Part shown: in pieces, positions 8,692 to 18,919 of the stretch
How the letters are laid out: every line of letters begins with the position of its first letter
How positions within the stretch are numbered: the stretch's first letter is position 1
DNA from: Parcubacteria group bacterium
GTDB taxonomy: Bacteria; Patescibacteriota; Minisyncoccia; Moranbacterales; GCA-2747515
Assembly: GCA_041660065.1 (NCBI GenBank)
Contig: JBAZXC010000001.1
Location: forward strand, 328,535 to 392,534
Direction of reading: 5' to 3'
Length of the DNA stretch: 64,000 nucleotides
Program-made: the position numbers and the translations under genes
The notes under the pieces: model-generated
Database searches by the model: none
The model's input: the letters and a program-made list of their open reading frames with translations, nothing else
What the model was told of the DNA's origin: nothing

Positions 8692-8895
8692 GCTCTGCCT
8701 CCTTTTTATGAAAATAACTGTATATTTGCAAACGTTAATATAGTATAGGCAAAAAAGTAATGAAAAGTCAATAAAATAATGTGACCGTGGCCAATTTGTG
8801 TTTGACTGCACCATCAAACCCTGATACTGTGCTTATAAAGTTCTTTAACCATATTAACAACATTTCAGCAAATTCCACGGAAAAGAGGAGTCATT

Positions 8896-9546
8896 ATGGG
8901 ACCATTGCTTATTGAAAACATACAGGAAATCGTCGAGAAATACCCTTTCCCCAAAATTCACAGAATTCTTGCATGTCTTATCGTCGCCTTATTGAAGATC
9001 AGACATCATCCCAACTACCTATCGGAAAGCATAGAAGCGACAACAATTGCAAAAAGAGGCATGACCAAGGTCTTGCGAGATCTTGATCATGCGATGCGAG
9101 TTGAATTCGAAATGAAAATATTTGCAATCATTCAAATCATGGCCCTTTTTGCAGAATTAAAAGACGGTGACGTTGATGCGATCAATCAGTATTGCGAAAA
9201 GATCACACCGACCAGCGAGGAAACATTGAAAGGTTTTATGCGCAACCATTTTAATGCTGACCTTAAGATCGACCCCGTCTATTCGGACAGTGACTTTGCA
9301 ATTCAATTGGCAATTCTTGAGACAATGTCAGGACTTTATGACGAGAAATTTGTCTTGTGTCCATCAGAAAAAATTACGGATGAGATAATCACTCAGACGA
9401 TCATCGATTTCTTCGCAAACAAAGGATTTTCGTTGTACAAAAAAAGCAATCATTTTGTACTCATGAAAAAAGATGACGAGCTGATCAACATTGTTTTTTC
9501 AAATTATGACGACTCTATTCATATCACAGTAGAAAATGTCAGCTGA
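8896..9546 (+). CDS. Hypothetical protein
   Basis: 216-aa ORF, GAGGAG SD, terminator at about 9569-9602. Confidence 0.7.
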   Translation: MGPLLIENIQEIVEKYPFPKIHRILACLIVALLKIRHHPNYLSESIEATTIAKRGMTKVLRDLDHAMRVEFEMKIFAIIQIMALFAELKDGDVDAINQYCEKITPTSEETLKGFMRNHFNADLKIDPVYSDSDFAIQLAILETMSGLYDEKFVLCPSEKITDEIITQTIIDFFANKGFSLYKKSNHFVLMKKDDELINIVFSNYDDSIHITVENVS

Positions 9547-9689
9547 TCTTTGTCGTTTAGACCATCCTTGCGGAGCAGGCACGTAGCCTTCTCCGCATTT
9601 TTATTTATATCCCAAAAAACCCTTCGAAAAAATGGCATTCAATGTTATGCTATTATTAGCAAACGAGTAAATTTTAATCATGCATCATT

Positions 9690-10301
9690 ATGCGAACAGA
9701 ATTAAAAGAGGATGAAAAAGTTTTTTTGATCATACGCCGGCATTGGCTCATTCTCATGTTGCCGATCACGATCGCAATCATTGGCCTCGTCATTGGCTTT
9801 TTCTTCAGAGGTTATTGGCTCATTGTTCCCATCCTTCCACTTTGTTATTTGCTCTATCGCGTGATCGAGAGACGAAATGATCTCTGGGCAGTGACAAACT
9901 TACGCGTTATTGATGAGTATGGTGTTTTCACATTGAACTCCAAAGAGAGTCCTCTGGACAAGATCAACAACGTCAGTTACAGCCAATCCATATGGGGCAG
10001 ACTCCTCGGCTATGGCAATGTACAGATCCAGACAGCCGCAGAGGTCGGAGCAAGCACATACGAACAAGTAGAAAAACCGCAAAAGTTAAAAGACGCGATC
10101 ACAGAGATGCAGGAGGAATACAAGAAAACGCAGATATCTGCACAAGCACAGGAATTGGCAAAAGCAATTGCGCATAATTCACAAGATCACGATAATAGCG
10201 ATATCACACACGAGATCGAAAAGATCTTTGCATTGAAACAAAAAGGAATGATCACCGAACAGGAATTCATTGATGCAAAAAAGAAACTGCTTGATCTCTA
10301 A
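9690..10301 (+). CDS. Membrane protein with bacterial PH domain and C-terminal SHOCT
   Basis: RRHW plus 2 TM; VTNLRVI...QSIWGRLLGYGNV; LKQKGMITEQEFIDAKKKLL. Confidence 0.85.
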   Translation: MRTELKEDEKVFLIIRRHWLILMLPITIAIIGLVIGFFFRGYWLIVPILPLCYLLYRVIERRNDLWAVTNLRVIDEYGVFTLNSKESPLDKINNVSYSQSIWGRLLGYGNVQIQTAAEVGASTYEQVEKPQKLKDAITEMQEEYKKTQISAQAQELAKAIAHNSQDHDNSDITHEIEKIFALKQKGMITEQEFIDAKKKLLDL

Positions 10302-10355
10302 TAAACACAAAAAAAGGAGCATGTTGCAAACACGCTCCTGCAAAATCAACTTTAA

Positions 10356-10709
10356 TTAAAGAATCGGACATCCCCACATTGTGCCGGCACATGAACAGCC
10401 AAAATAGCTGTCTCTTTCATGATTTCCGGGAAACTCACATTTAACAACGACATTACTACATTCTTTACATCGCCAGAAATACATGATATTTCCATCCTTG
10501 CCGACGAGCTTTATACCCTCTTCATCAGGTATTGTGTCTTTGCTGTTATAGCGCCACACGACAAAACGATGCGCCCACCCATTTGGCGAGTAATCCTTTG
10601 CATCCAGAACATCGAGAAATTTGCTTTTGAGAAATTCGCGAATATCCCTCATGTTAGGCGTCACATCCGCAGGACATAAAACTTTTAAAAAAGCTCTGCC
10701 AGTACTCAT
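10356..10709 (-). CDS. Hypothetical Cys-rich protein (start MSTGRAF)
   Basis: GAGGGAGG SD; CKEC and CSC...C. Confidence 0.6.
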   Translation of the reverse strand: MSTGRAFLKVLCPADVTPNMRDIREFLKSKFLDVLDAKDYSPNGWAHRFVVWRYNSKDTIPDEEGIKLVGKDGNIMYFWRCKECSNVVVKCEFPGNHERDSYFGCSCAGTMWGCPIL

Positions 10710-10819
10710 TATTGCCTCCCTCTCGTAATATTTTGGGTTAAAAAACTTAGACAAAGTTAAACATGTTTTTTTTAACATGTCAACAAACATGCTCTCTCAA
10801 AGATTCCCATGATCCTGAG

Positions 10820-12028
10820 CTATTTTACGATTATTTTTACAAAAAAGTGTTTACCGATCTTCATCACTTTGCCATTATCATCAGCGGTCAATACGCAGTT
10901 ACTGTCAGTAACCTTTTCCCCGTCGATCGACACGCCACCTTGTGCGATCTTCCGTCGTGCGTCACCTTTACTTTCCGCACCGCCACAGGAAACCATGTAA
11001 TCCACAAGACTCATTAAAACACTGCACGCGCACTCTTGCACATCTTCGGGAATTTCTTTTTTGGAAAATGTGTTGATGAAATATTCCTGCGCTTTTTGCG
11101 CCGCATCCTCTCCATGAAAGATCCGCACCAGTTCATGTGCCAGTAGGATCTTTGCATCGCGCGGATTTTCCATTTGCATATACTCCTCCACTTTTTCCAT
11201 GTCTATACGCGTACACCCGACAAAAAGCGGTCGCAACATGCCATCCGATTGCGCCATGATCGCGCCAAAGAGGTCTTGAGCACTTAGATCGAGAAATACC
11301 CCCGTACTGTTTGACTTGGACATAAGCGTGCCCGTTTTTTCATCGGCGATCAGTGTTGTCGCGATCACAAATTTATCTTTCCCTTTCAATTTTTGCATCA
11401 ATGTCCGTCCGGCAAGCGCGTTAAAGATCTGATCCGTTCCACAGAGCTCCACATCCACATCCATCGCCACACTATCATAGCCCTGCATCAGCGGATACAA
11501 AAACTCATGGAGATAAATCGGGCGCTCCTCTTGTATGCGCTTGTCAAACATATCGCGCTCAAGCATTTGTTGCACCGTGAAATTACTTGCGAGTTCCAAC
11601 GCTTCCGCAAAATTCAACTTGCCGAGCCATGCGGAATTATATCTGATCTGAAACGGGTTTTCTTTATCGTCAAAATCTGCGATATTTTTTACCTGATCTT
11701 TCCACAGTGCAAAATTCTCTTGCACTTGCTCAGGTGTTTGTTTGACGCGCGCAGATGATTTGTCCGTTGGGTCGCCGATCATACCAGTAAAATCACCAAT
11801 GAGAAAGATCACCTCATGCCCCAGATTGCGTAAATCCTCCAATACCATGAGCCCTTGTGCGTGCCCCAAATGCAATGATTTTGCCGTTGGATCAAACCCC
11901 ATATAAAAACGCATCTTTTTGCCAGAAAGCAATTGATCACGAAATTCCTGCTTGGTCGGGAAAAACTGCGACAGCACCCCGCGATCAAGAATACGATCAA
12001 CCTGTGCCTCGATATCTTTATTTTTCAT
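10820..12028 (-). CDS. tyrS: Tyrosine--tRNA ligase
   Basis: GFDPTAKSLHLGH, YPLMQGYD, MSKS, C-terminal S4 domain. Confidence 0.97.
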   Translation of the reverse strand: MKNKDIEAQVDRILDRGVLSQFFPTKQEFRDQLLSGKKMRFYMGFDPTAKSLHLGHAQGLMVLEDLRNLGHEVIFLIGDFTGMIGDPTDKSSARVKQTPEQVQENFALWKDQVKNIADFDDKENPFQIRYNSAWLGKLNFAEALELASNFTVQQMLERDMFDKRIQEERPIYLHEFLYPLMQGYDSVAMDVDVELCGTDQIFNALAGRTLMQKLKGKDKFVIATTLIADEKTGTLMSKSNSTGVFLDLSAQDLFGAIMAQSDGMLRPLFVGCTRIDMEKVEEYMQMENPRDAKILLAHELVRIFHGEDAAQKAQEYFINTFSKKEIPEDVQECACSVLMSLVDYMVSCGGAESKGDARRKIAQGGVSIDGEKVTDSNCVLTADDNGKVMKIGKHFFVKIIVK

Positions 12029-12157
12029 AATTTTTCACGTAAAATTAGCCAATATATACTCTCATACTACCAATTTACCACTGGAACTACAAGTATTGAC
12101 AATTTGTCTTTTTTGTGATATAATCGGCGGTTAGTAAAATTTCTGATATTTACACAC

Positions 12158-12661
12158 ATGACATCAACAGAAAACCTCAAAAAACATATTGAAGATCTGG
12201 AAAAGCGCCGCATGGCACTCTTTTTTCACATGCAAAAAATTGCAATCGACATCAATGCACGCCTCTATGGTTTTAATACCGTGTTGGGCATTTGCGCACT
12301 CGTGCTCTTTGTTGTCGCATTTTTTGCACTACAGAAAGATCCTTTCTTTCTTTTGTGGAGCAAAATATTTGCCTTGATCACCATCGTGATCACTCTGACA
12401 CAACATCTCTATATCCTGGATAAAGTCTCAACAAAGATCTATCGTGATATTTGTACGATCTACACCGGTTGCGATGACGAATACTTTGTCCTCAAAAAAT
12501 ACAACATCGGCGAACTTGATGAACGCCTGATCCGCCAATTTTATGTCAATAAAACACATGAAATGGGACGCTACACCTGCACAACAGCAACGCCGGGTTG
12601 GCTTGCATGGCTTAGCCTTTCTTCATTCCTCGTAGCGATCATCTTACTCTTTTTTGCATAG
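12158..12661 (+). CDS. Hypothetical membrane protein
   Basis: Three hydrophobic segments; upstream TTGACA-17-TATAAT promoter at about 12096-12124. Confidence 0.65.
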   Translation: MTSTENLKKHIEDLEKRRMALFFHMQKIAIDINARLYGFNTVLGICALVLFVVAFFALQKDPFFLLWSKIFALITIVITLTQHLYILDKVSTKIYRDICTIYTGCDDEYFVLKKYNIGELDERLIRQFYVNKTHEMGRYTCTTATPGWLAWLSLSSFLVAIILLFFA

Positions 12662-13294
12662 GTCACTGAGAAAATCTCGTGCTTCGTACAAATTGTGTAC
12701 GATCAGATCAGCCTCATCAAAATTGAGGCTGATATTTTTTGCATTGATTCGCACGATACAGACCATGCCCGCACTTTTTGCCGCCACAACACCGACAGGT
12801 GAGTCTTCGATCACAACGCACTGCCCTGGCTCGACACCCAGTTTTTGCGCTGCCACAAGATAGGGATGCGCACTGGGTTTGCGGATAGCACAATCTTCAA
12901 ATGTCACAACTGCGTCAAACAAATCTGCGAGATGATGTTCTGCCAACACACTCATTGTCGTCGGATGATTTGCGCTTGTCACAAGTGCTGTCGCAAGCAT
13001 GAAATCCCTCTTGGCACGCAACAGAAATTTGACCGTATCATCAAAAACGATCGCATTTGCCAAAAGATCATTATACAGTTTTGATCGCAAAGCAAGAAAT
13101 TGCTCACCGTTGATATGATACTTCCCCACAAAGAAATCCACATAATCCAGTGGATGTTTGCCCATGATCATCATTTCATCCTCCTCATCCGGATGGACAT
13201 CGAGCACTTTCAACGTTTCAAGCGATGATTGAATATTGACAATTTCAGAATCCAACAACACGCCATCACGATCACATAAAATTGCCTTGATCAT
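12644..13294 (-). CDS. HAD-family phosphatase (subfamily IA)
   Basis: DRDGVLLDS, KPSAHPY, IEDSPVGVVAA. Confidence 0.9.
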   Translation of the reverse strand: MIKAILCDRDGVLLDSEIVNIQSSLETLKVLDVHPDEEDEMMIMGKHPLDYVDFFVGKYHINGEQFLALRSKLYNDLLANAIVFDDTVKFLLRAKRDFMLATALVTSANHPTTMSVLAEHHLADLFDAVVTFEDCAIRKPSAHPYLVAAQKLGVEPGQCVVIEDSPVGVVAAKSAGMVCIVRINAKNISLNFDEADLIVHNLYEARDFLSDLCKKE

Positions 13295-13302
13295 ATTCTT
13301 TT

Positions 13303-14046
13303 TTATTTACTGAGACTTTGTCCCCCATCTACCATGAGATTTTCTCCCGTGATACCACTGGCATCCTCTGATGCGAGAAAGGTGATAGCCTTCGCGATTT
13401 GAGAGGGTTGGATCAGGTCACCAAGATAAATTTCCTCTTTGATCTTTGCGATAAAATCCTCTGAATATTGCTTTGTCATCTCTGTGTTTGCGACACCGGG
13501 AGATACACTGTTTACACGGATCGCTGGTGCGAGCTCCTTTGCCATCGTTTTGGTAAAACTGATCACACCGGCTTTGGCCGCACAATAATCAGCGATCGGT
13601 GGTCGTCCAAAATTGTACACACCACGGATCGATGCAAGATTCACGATTGCCCCGCCATGTGTCATAAGTGGCACGATGTGTTTTGTACACAGAAATGTGC
13701 CTGTGAGATTGACGGCAAAAGTCTTATTCCATTTTTCCAAAGTCGTCTCTTGCAAATTTGCCGAACTGACAATGCCCGCATTGTTGACAAGCACATCAAC
13801 CGTATTGCGTAAGGCGTGAATTTCAGCGCTCATGCGCGCAACATCTTCTTCGTTACTGATATCTGCATAGACACTGGCGCATTTTTCTCGCCCGATCTCA
13901 TCCATAAGCATGTCGATCTGCTCATGTGGTGCAAGATCATTGATCACGACAAAACCACCCTGGCGCGCAAATTCTCGTGCCGTTTCCGCACCAATACCGC
14001 GCCCCGCACCTGTGATAACGATCGTTTTCCCTGCAAAGTCTTGCAT
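13303..14046 (-). CDS. SDR family oxidoreductase (FabG-like)
   Basis: TGAGRGIG, NNAG, YCAAK. Confidence 0.93.
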   Translation of the reverse strand: MQDFAGKTIVITGAGRGIGAETAREFARQGGFVVINDLAPHEQIDMLMDEIGREKCASVYADISNEEDVARMSAEIHALRNTVDVLVNNAGIVSSANLQETTLEKWNKTFAVNLTGTFLCTKHIVPLMTHGGAIVNLASIRGVYNFGRPPIADYCAAKAGVISFTKTMAKELAPAIRVNSVSPGVANTEMTKQYSEDFIAKIKEEIYLGDLIQPSQIAKAITFLASEDASGITGENLMVDGGQSLSK

Positions 14047-14066
14047 AAATTTCTATTGAGAAGCAA

Positions 14067-14642
14067 TTAATAATTCTCGCACTGCACTTCAAAAAATGCT
14101 TGCGGATGCAAACATGCCGGACATTTTTCCGGTGCACTTTTTCCTTCATGCAGATATCCGCAATTACGGCATTTCCAGACGATCACATCGCCACTCTTAA
14201 ACACATGCCCTGCATCCAACTTCTGATATAATTTGCGATACCGTGCTTCGTGCGCTTTTTCCACCAGTGCAATATTTTCAAATGCAAGTGCTACATCCAC
14301 AAAACCTTCTTCACGCGCCACACGTGCAAATTCCGGATATAACTCTGTCCACTCTTCTTTTTCACCGTCTGCTGCCGCTTTGAGATTTTCCAACGTCGAA
14401 CCGATCTTCCCTGCCGGATATGTCGCAGTAATTTCTACCATGCGTCCCTCGAGAAATTTGAAAAATCGTTTCGCATGCTCTTTTTCATTGAGTGCCGTCT
14501 CGGCAAAAAGCGCGGAGATCTGCTCCAATCCCTCCTTTTTTGCAGCAGATGAAAAATAATCATACCGCATACGCGCTTGCGACTCACCGGCAAATGCCTT
14601 TAAGAGATTTTGTTCTGTTTTTGTGCCTTGTAATTGTGCCAT
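14067..14642 (-). CDS. rbr: Rubrerythrin
   Basis: AFAGESQAR, EKEHA, C-terminal CRNC...CPAC rubredoxin domain. Confidence 0.95.
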   Translation of the reverse strand: MAQLQGTKTEQNLLKAFAGESQARMRYDYFSSAAKKEGLEQISALFAETALNEKEHAKRFFKFLEGRMVEITATYPAGKIGSTLENLKAAADGEKEEWTELYPEFARVAREEGFVDVALAFENIALVEKAHEARYRKLYQKLDAGHVFKSGDVIVWKCRNCGYLHEGKSAPEKCPACLHPQAFFEVQCENY

Positions 14643-14819
14643 ATAAAAACTTAAAATAATTATCGTCTTTTTTTATCCTCTTATGATCGTTACAAAAGAT
14701 GGGGGCGTATTTCACCCAACGGCCCCCATCTTGTGTCACGACACAAAAAGATCACCGTTTCAATACCCCCTCTTATACTCTTATTGTATAGAAAAAAAGA
14801 AATCACTGCAACAATACTA

Positions 14820-15227
14820 TCATTGTTCATTTATCAGCGATGATTTATATTTTTCCGGATGAAATGATTGACCGCGCACAATTGTGCACGCCATTTTTTC
14901 GCGTTCAATAAAATCATACAATTCATTCACAAACGCCTCCTGATCATATCCGAGAAGAATGACATCCGGCGTATGATCGCGGATAACTTGAAGTTTATCG
15001 TCTCCTTCATATCCAAAGATCACATCGTCGATCTCATCCACGCGCAACATCGCCGCGATACGCTCACACTCATCACATACGGGCATCTTTCCCTTAACGG
15101 CATGCACTGTCTTATCCCGCGCGACAACAGCCATTACATGATCACCATGCTCTGATGCCTGACGAAAGAAATCCCGATGTCCTTCATGAATGCCGTCAAA
15201 TGTTCCAAAAATCATGACTTTGCGCAT
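14820..15227 (-). CDS. Cytidylyltransferase / archaeal-type FAD synthase-like
   Basis: FGTFDGIHEGH (HxGH), VVARD, LGYDQ, YKSS. Confidence 0.85.
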   Translation of the reverse strand: MRKVMIFGTFDGIHEGHRDFFRQASEHGDHVMAVVARDKTVHAVKGKMPVCDECERIAAMLRVDEIDDVIFGYEGDDKLQVIRDHTPDVILLGYDQEAFVNELYDFIEREKMACTIVRGQSFHPEKYKSSLINEQ

Positions 15228-15258
15228 ATATTTTTGTGTTACGTATTATTTGTACGAT

Positions 15259-16734
15259 TTATTCATCTTGTGCTCGTGGCTTCATAAGAGGAAATAACGT
15301 CACCTCACGCAAGGTTTTGTCCTCCAAGAATGCAAAGAGTCGTTCACCGGCACCAAACCCGCATGTGGGCGGCATGCCATATTCCAGCATCTCCACAAAA
15401 TCCCAGTCCGGCATCATCGCCTCTTCATCGCCTGCCTCGATCAATTTCTTTTGCTCTTCAAAGCGCGCACGCTGATCGATCGGATCATTGAGCTCACTGT
15501 ACCCATTACCCACCTCAGCACCGCCAATGATCACTTGAAATTTTTCTGTTTGTTCCGGTTTATCTTTTTTCCTTTTGGCAAGCGGTGCCATCGCTACCGG
15601 ATGATTGACGAGGAATGCCGGACCGGAAATTTTTTGACGGCAATATTTCCACAGCGAATCCGTCAAACGTTCTCTATTTTCACCCTCATATTTTACATGC
15701 AATGCGTCAAGTTTCTCTCTCAAATCACCCTCAGATGCTGTAATCACATTCACACCAGTTTGCCGCAAAACCTCATCCACATAATCGATCTTTACCCATT
15801 CATCCGCCAGATCAAACGTGAGTCCGCGTGTGGTAAATTTGGTGCGTCCATACACCTCCTGTGCGATCGTACGATACATTTCCTGCACAAGCGCCATGCC
15901 ATCATCATAATTCGCATACGCCCAATAAAATTCCATATTGGTAAACTCCTGCAAATGATTGGGACTGGACCCCTCATTACGGAATGCGCGCCCGATCTCA
16001 AACGTTTTTTCAAAACCACCCGCCATAAGTCGTTTCTGCCACAACTCACCAATACTAATGCGCATATATACTGGCAGATCAAAATCATTATGATGCGTCG
16101 CAAATGGCCGCGCTTCTGCACCGCCAGTTGTCACTTCAATGTATGGTGTTTCCACTTCGATAAATCCTTTGGCCTCCATGAATGAGCGCATCACGCGCCA
16201 AAACTTCGCACGACGCATGAACAATGCGCGCAATTCTGCACTAAGTACAAGATCGATATACCGTTTACGAAATCGTTCATCCTCATCCTTCAGTCCGAAA
16301 TGTTCTGCCGGTATGGAGCGCAATGCCTTGGCAAGCATTTGCCACTGTTGTACCATAATTGTCTGCTGTCCGGCTTGTGTCGTAAAAACAGATCCTGTCA
16401 CACTCACAAAATCACTCGCGTCAATCAACTTGACAAATGCTTTGTATGACTCACCCACCTCTTTTTTAGATATGGCCACTTGCATACGTCCGCTCATATC
16501 CTCAATATCGGCAAAAGACAAATTTCCATGTGTGCGCTTGGATCGCAGACGCCCGCATACCGTGACGGTTTGCGCACCTTTTTCCAACGCAGAAAAATCA
16601 TCCAAAACCGCGCCGACCATATGCGTCCGATGTGCTTGTGCGGGATATGGTTCAATGTCCTGTTCTTTTAATTTTTGCAATTTTTCAATGCGCTCTTCAT
16701 ATTCTGTCAGTGCTTCAGATTTTTTCTCGTCCAT
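15259..16734 (-). CDS. lysS: Lysine--tRNA ligase (class II)
   Basis: GGAEARPF, FRNEG, YGMPPTCGFG. Confidence 0.97.
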   Translation of the reverse strand: MDEKKSEALTEYEERIEKLQKLKEQDIEPYPAQAHRTHMVGAVLDDFSALEKGAQTVTVCGRLRSKRTHGNLSFADIEDMSGRMQVAISKKEVGESYKAFVKLIDASDFVSVTGSVFTTQAGQQTIMVQQWQMLAKALRSIPAEHFGLKDEDERFRKRYIDLVLSAELRALFMRRAKFWRVMRSFMEAKGFIEVETPYIEVTTGGAEARPFATHHNDFDLPVYMRISIGELWQKRLMAGGFEKTFEIGRAFRNEGSSPNHLQEFTNMEFYWAYANYDDGMALVQEMYRTIAQEVYGRTKFTTRGLTFDLADEWVKIDYVDEVLRQTGVNVITASEGDLREKLDALHVKYEGENRERLTDSLWKYCRQKISGPAFLVNHPVAMAPLAKRKKDKPEQTEKFQVIIGGAEVGNGYSELNDPIDQRARFEEQKKLIEAGDEEAMMPDWDFVEMLEYGMPPTCGFGAGERLFAFLEDKTLREVTLFPLMKPRAQDE

Positions 16735-16816
16735 AAGATTCGTTATATTCTACTCATTATCTCTTCTACCACTGTAACGCAAATACACAAAAAAATCAAA
16801 GCCTCAAAAGAAAAAA

Positions 16817-16853
16817 CAAAACACCACTCAGGTGATCCCGCGTGGTGTTTTTG
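16817..16853 (-). terminator. Intrinsic terminator after greA
   Basis: AAAACACCAC...GTGGTGTTTT stem with A/T runs. Confidence 0.65.
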
Positions 16854-16868
16854 CTTTAATTTTTTTGA

Positions 16869-17327
16869 TCAGTTTATGGAAGTAATTTCATACTGCATCA
16901 CACCGCTCGGTGTATTTACATCAATCGTATCACCCGCACGTGCACCGATAAGAGCTTTGCCAATTGGCGATTCATTGGAAATTTTTCGCTGTACAGGGTC
17001 AGCCTCATTTGATCCAACGATCTCAAATGTCATCTCTTGATGGTTTTTTGTCCGTACACCAACTTTTGAACCAATCTGCGCCGAATCATCACTCGCATCA
17101 TGCTCCACGACACGCGAGTCTTTGATCATGCCTTCCAACTGCGCAATACGCGCTTCATTTTCCGTTTGACGTTCTTTTGCAGCAGAATATTCCGCATTTT
17201 CTGAAAGATCACCCTGCTCCTTTGCCTCTTTGATCGCAGCCGCAATCTCTTGGCGCACAACAGTTGTGCGTTCATCAAATTCCTTCTGCAATTTTTCCAA
17301 GCCTTCTTTTGTAACTAAACGTGCCAT
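16869..17327 (-). CDS. greA: Transcription elongation factor GreA
   Basis: GDLSENAEY, ISNESPIGKAL; start moved to MARLVTKEG. Confidence 0.97.
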   Translation of the reverse strand: MARLVTKEGLEKLQKEFDERTTVVRQEIAAAIKEAKEQGDLSENAEYSAAKERQTENEARIAQLEGMIKDSRVVEHDASDDSAQIGSKVGVRTKNHQEMTFEIVGSNEADPVQRKISNESPIGKALIGARAGDTIDVNTPSGVMQYEITSIN

Positions 17328-17478
17328 AGCATTTTCTTTTTTACCAATTAAAAACACACGTTATTCCCGTATGCTTCTTTTCAAACATGATTACACTATA
17401 GCAAATACGCCACCTCTGTCAAATACAAAAGCAACTAACCCTATAGCTGGTTGCCTTTGTCCCAGTAAATAATTTTCA

Positions 17479-17838
17479 CTACAAACGAGCACCTTCGTCA
17501 ATGGTCATTTTTTTCTTAAGAGAACGACCACCGCGCCGTTTGAGATCGCGCACTTTTTCCGTATCACGACGGATTTGTACTTTAATTTCATCTTCAATGA
17601 TATCAACACATGCCTGCACACTCTGACTCTTTTCTTCTGCTCGATACTCATTACCGTCAGTCGCACGAACAACAGCGTTCATAAAGAAATCACCATCTTT
17701 TCTTTGGCTTATTTCTATATATGCATCACGCACCTCCGTCAACTTGCCAATCGAACTGATTTTGTCTTCCACATACGTTCGTGACGCCTCTCCAAGAGGA
17801 TCGATGTTCTTATAATAATACTCGATATTCATAATCAT
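17479..17838 (-). CDS. hpf: Ribosome hibernation factor HPF/RaiA family
   Basis: MNIEY...YVEDKI...YRAEE..S..ACVD..EDEIKVQIRR pattern. Confidence 0.75.
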   Translation of the reverse strand: MIMNIEYYYKNIDPLGEASRTYVEDKISSIGKLTEVRDAYIEISQRKDGDFFMNAVVRATDGNEYRAEEKSQSVQACVDIIEDEIKVQIRRDTEKVRDLKRRGGRSLKKKMTIDEGARL

Positions 17839-17899
17839 TTTTATTAACTATTTACCTACTCATTAATACATACGTGATACTACTGCACAGTCTTTCAGA

Positions 17900-18829
17900 T
17901 CAAAAACCGGCAAGCACGACCTCCTCCTTCAAGTTTACATCAAATTCATCTCGCACGCGAGTTTTGGCGACTGCTGATAATTGCATGGCTTGTTCAGCTG
18001 TACCATTGCCCATATTGATGAAGTAATTTGCATGCTGATTACCTGCCTGAATATCGCCAATACGCTTTTGAAATATACCACACGATTGCAACAGCCATCC
18101 TGCGGGCACGCGTCCGTTATGAACTTTTTGTCCTGTGTCCTGTTCAAACAATTGCTGGACATGCTCCGACACCTCCGGATTGATAAACCACGATCCCGCA
18201 CTTTTGATGTCTTGGATCTGTTTGGTGTTTCTTTTTGATATGACATCATGCATCGCCGCATCAATCTCTTTTTTGTTCCCTCGAGAAAAGTTACATATCA
18301 CACTAACGATAATGAATGATGGATTTTTTTTAAAAAAACTTTTGCGATACCCAAACTCACACATCTCTTTGGTAAAGACTTTTGTTTCTCCCGTTGTAAT
18401 ATCCAATGCATACACTTCTTTGACGATATCTTTCATTTCTGTGCCAAACGCACCCGCATTGCCACGCACAGCACCACCGACTGACCCGGGAATACCTGTG
18501 AGATTTTCCCCGCCGGTATATTCTTTTTCTGCTGCAAACATCAGTAGCGTCATCAAATTTGTCCCTGCGCCACACATGAGATCTCCACCATTATCCGTCA
18601 TACTGTTATTTTTGATCCTGATCACCAATCCATTGAAACCACTGTCCGCAAATAGTACATTGCTCCCACCGGAAAAAACAAAATATTCCAAATCTTTTTC
18701 CTTGGCAAAAGCAATTGCTTCTTTGATTTCTTCGATACTGGACACCTCCACAAAATATCGTGCCTTGCCGCCAATGTCAAATGTCGTGAATGGTGCCAAT
18801 GCTATATTTTCTTGCATGTTGATCATCAT
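17900..18829 (-). CDS. murB: UDP-N-acetylmuramate dehydrogenase
   Basis: TTFDIGGKA, GGSNVL, GIPGSVGGAVRGNAGAFG, SAGS. Confidence 0.96.
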   Translation of the reverse strand: MMINMQENIALAPFTTFDIGGKARYFVEVSSIEEIKEAIAFAKEKDLEYFVFSGGSNVLFADSGFNGLVIRIKNNSMTDNGGDLMCGAGTNLMTLLMFAAEKEYTGGENLTGIPGSVGGAVRGNAGAFGTEMKDIVKEVYALDITTGETKVFTKEMCEFGYRKSFFKKNPSFIIVSVICNFSRGNKKEIDAAMHDVISKRNTKQIQDIKSAGSWFINPEVSEHVQQLFEQDTGQKVHNGRVPAGWLLQSCGIFQKRIGDIQAGNQHANYFINMGNGTAEQAMQLSAVAKTRVRDEFDVNLKEEVVLAGF

Positions 18830-18885
18830 GTTGCATTTAAAACTTATGCTCCTGTAATTATATCGCTTTGACTTTTATAGACTTC

Positions 18886-18919
18886 ATTTACCAGTCCGTA
18901 GCTTTAGCGAAGGATGGCT
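18886..18919. repeat. 34-bp dispersed palindromic repeat, copy A
   Basis: ATTTACCAGTCCGTAGCTTTAGCGAAGGATGGCT directly after the murC stop. Confidence 0.85.
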
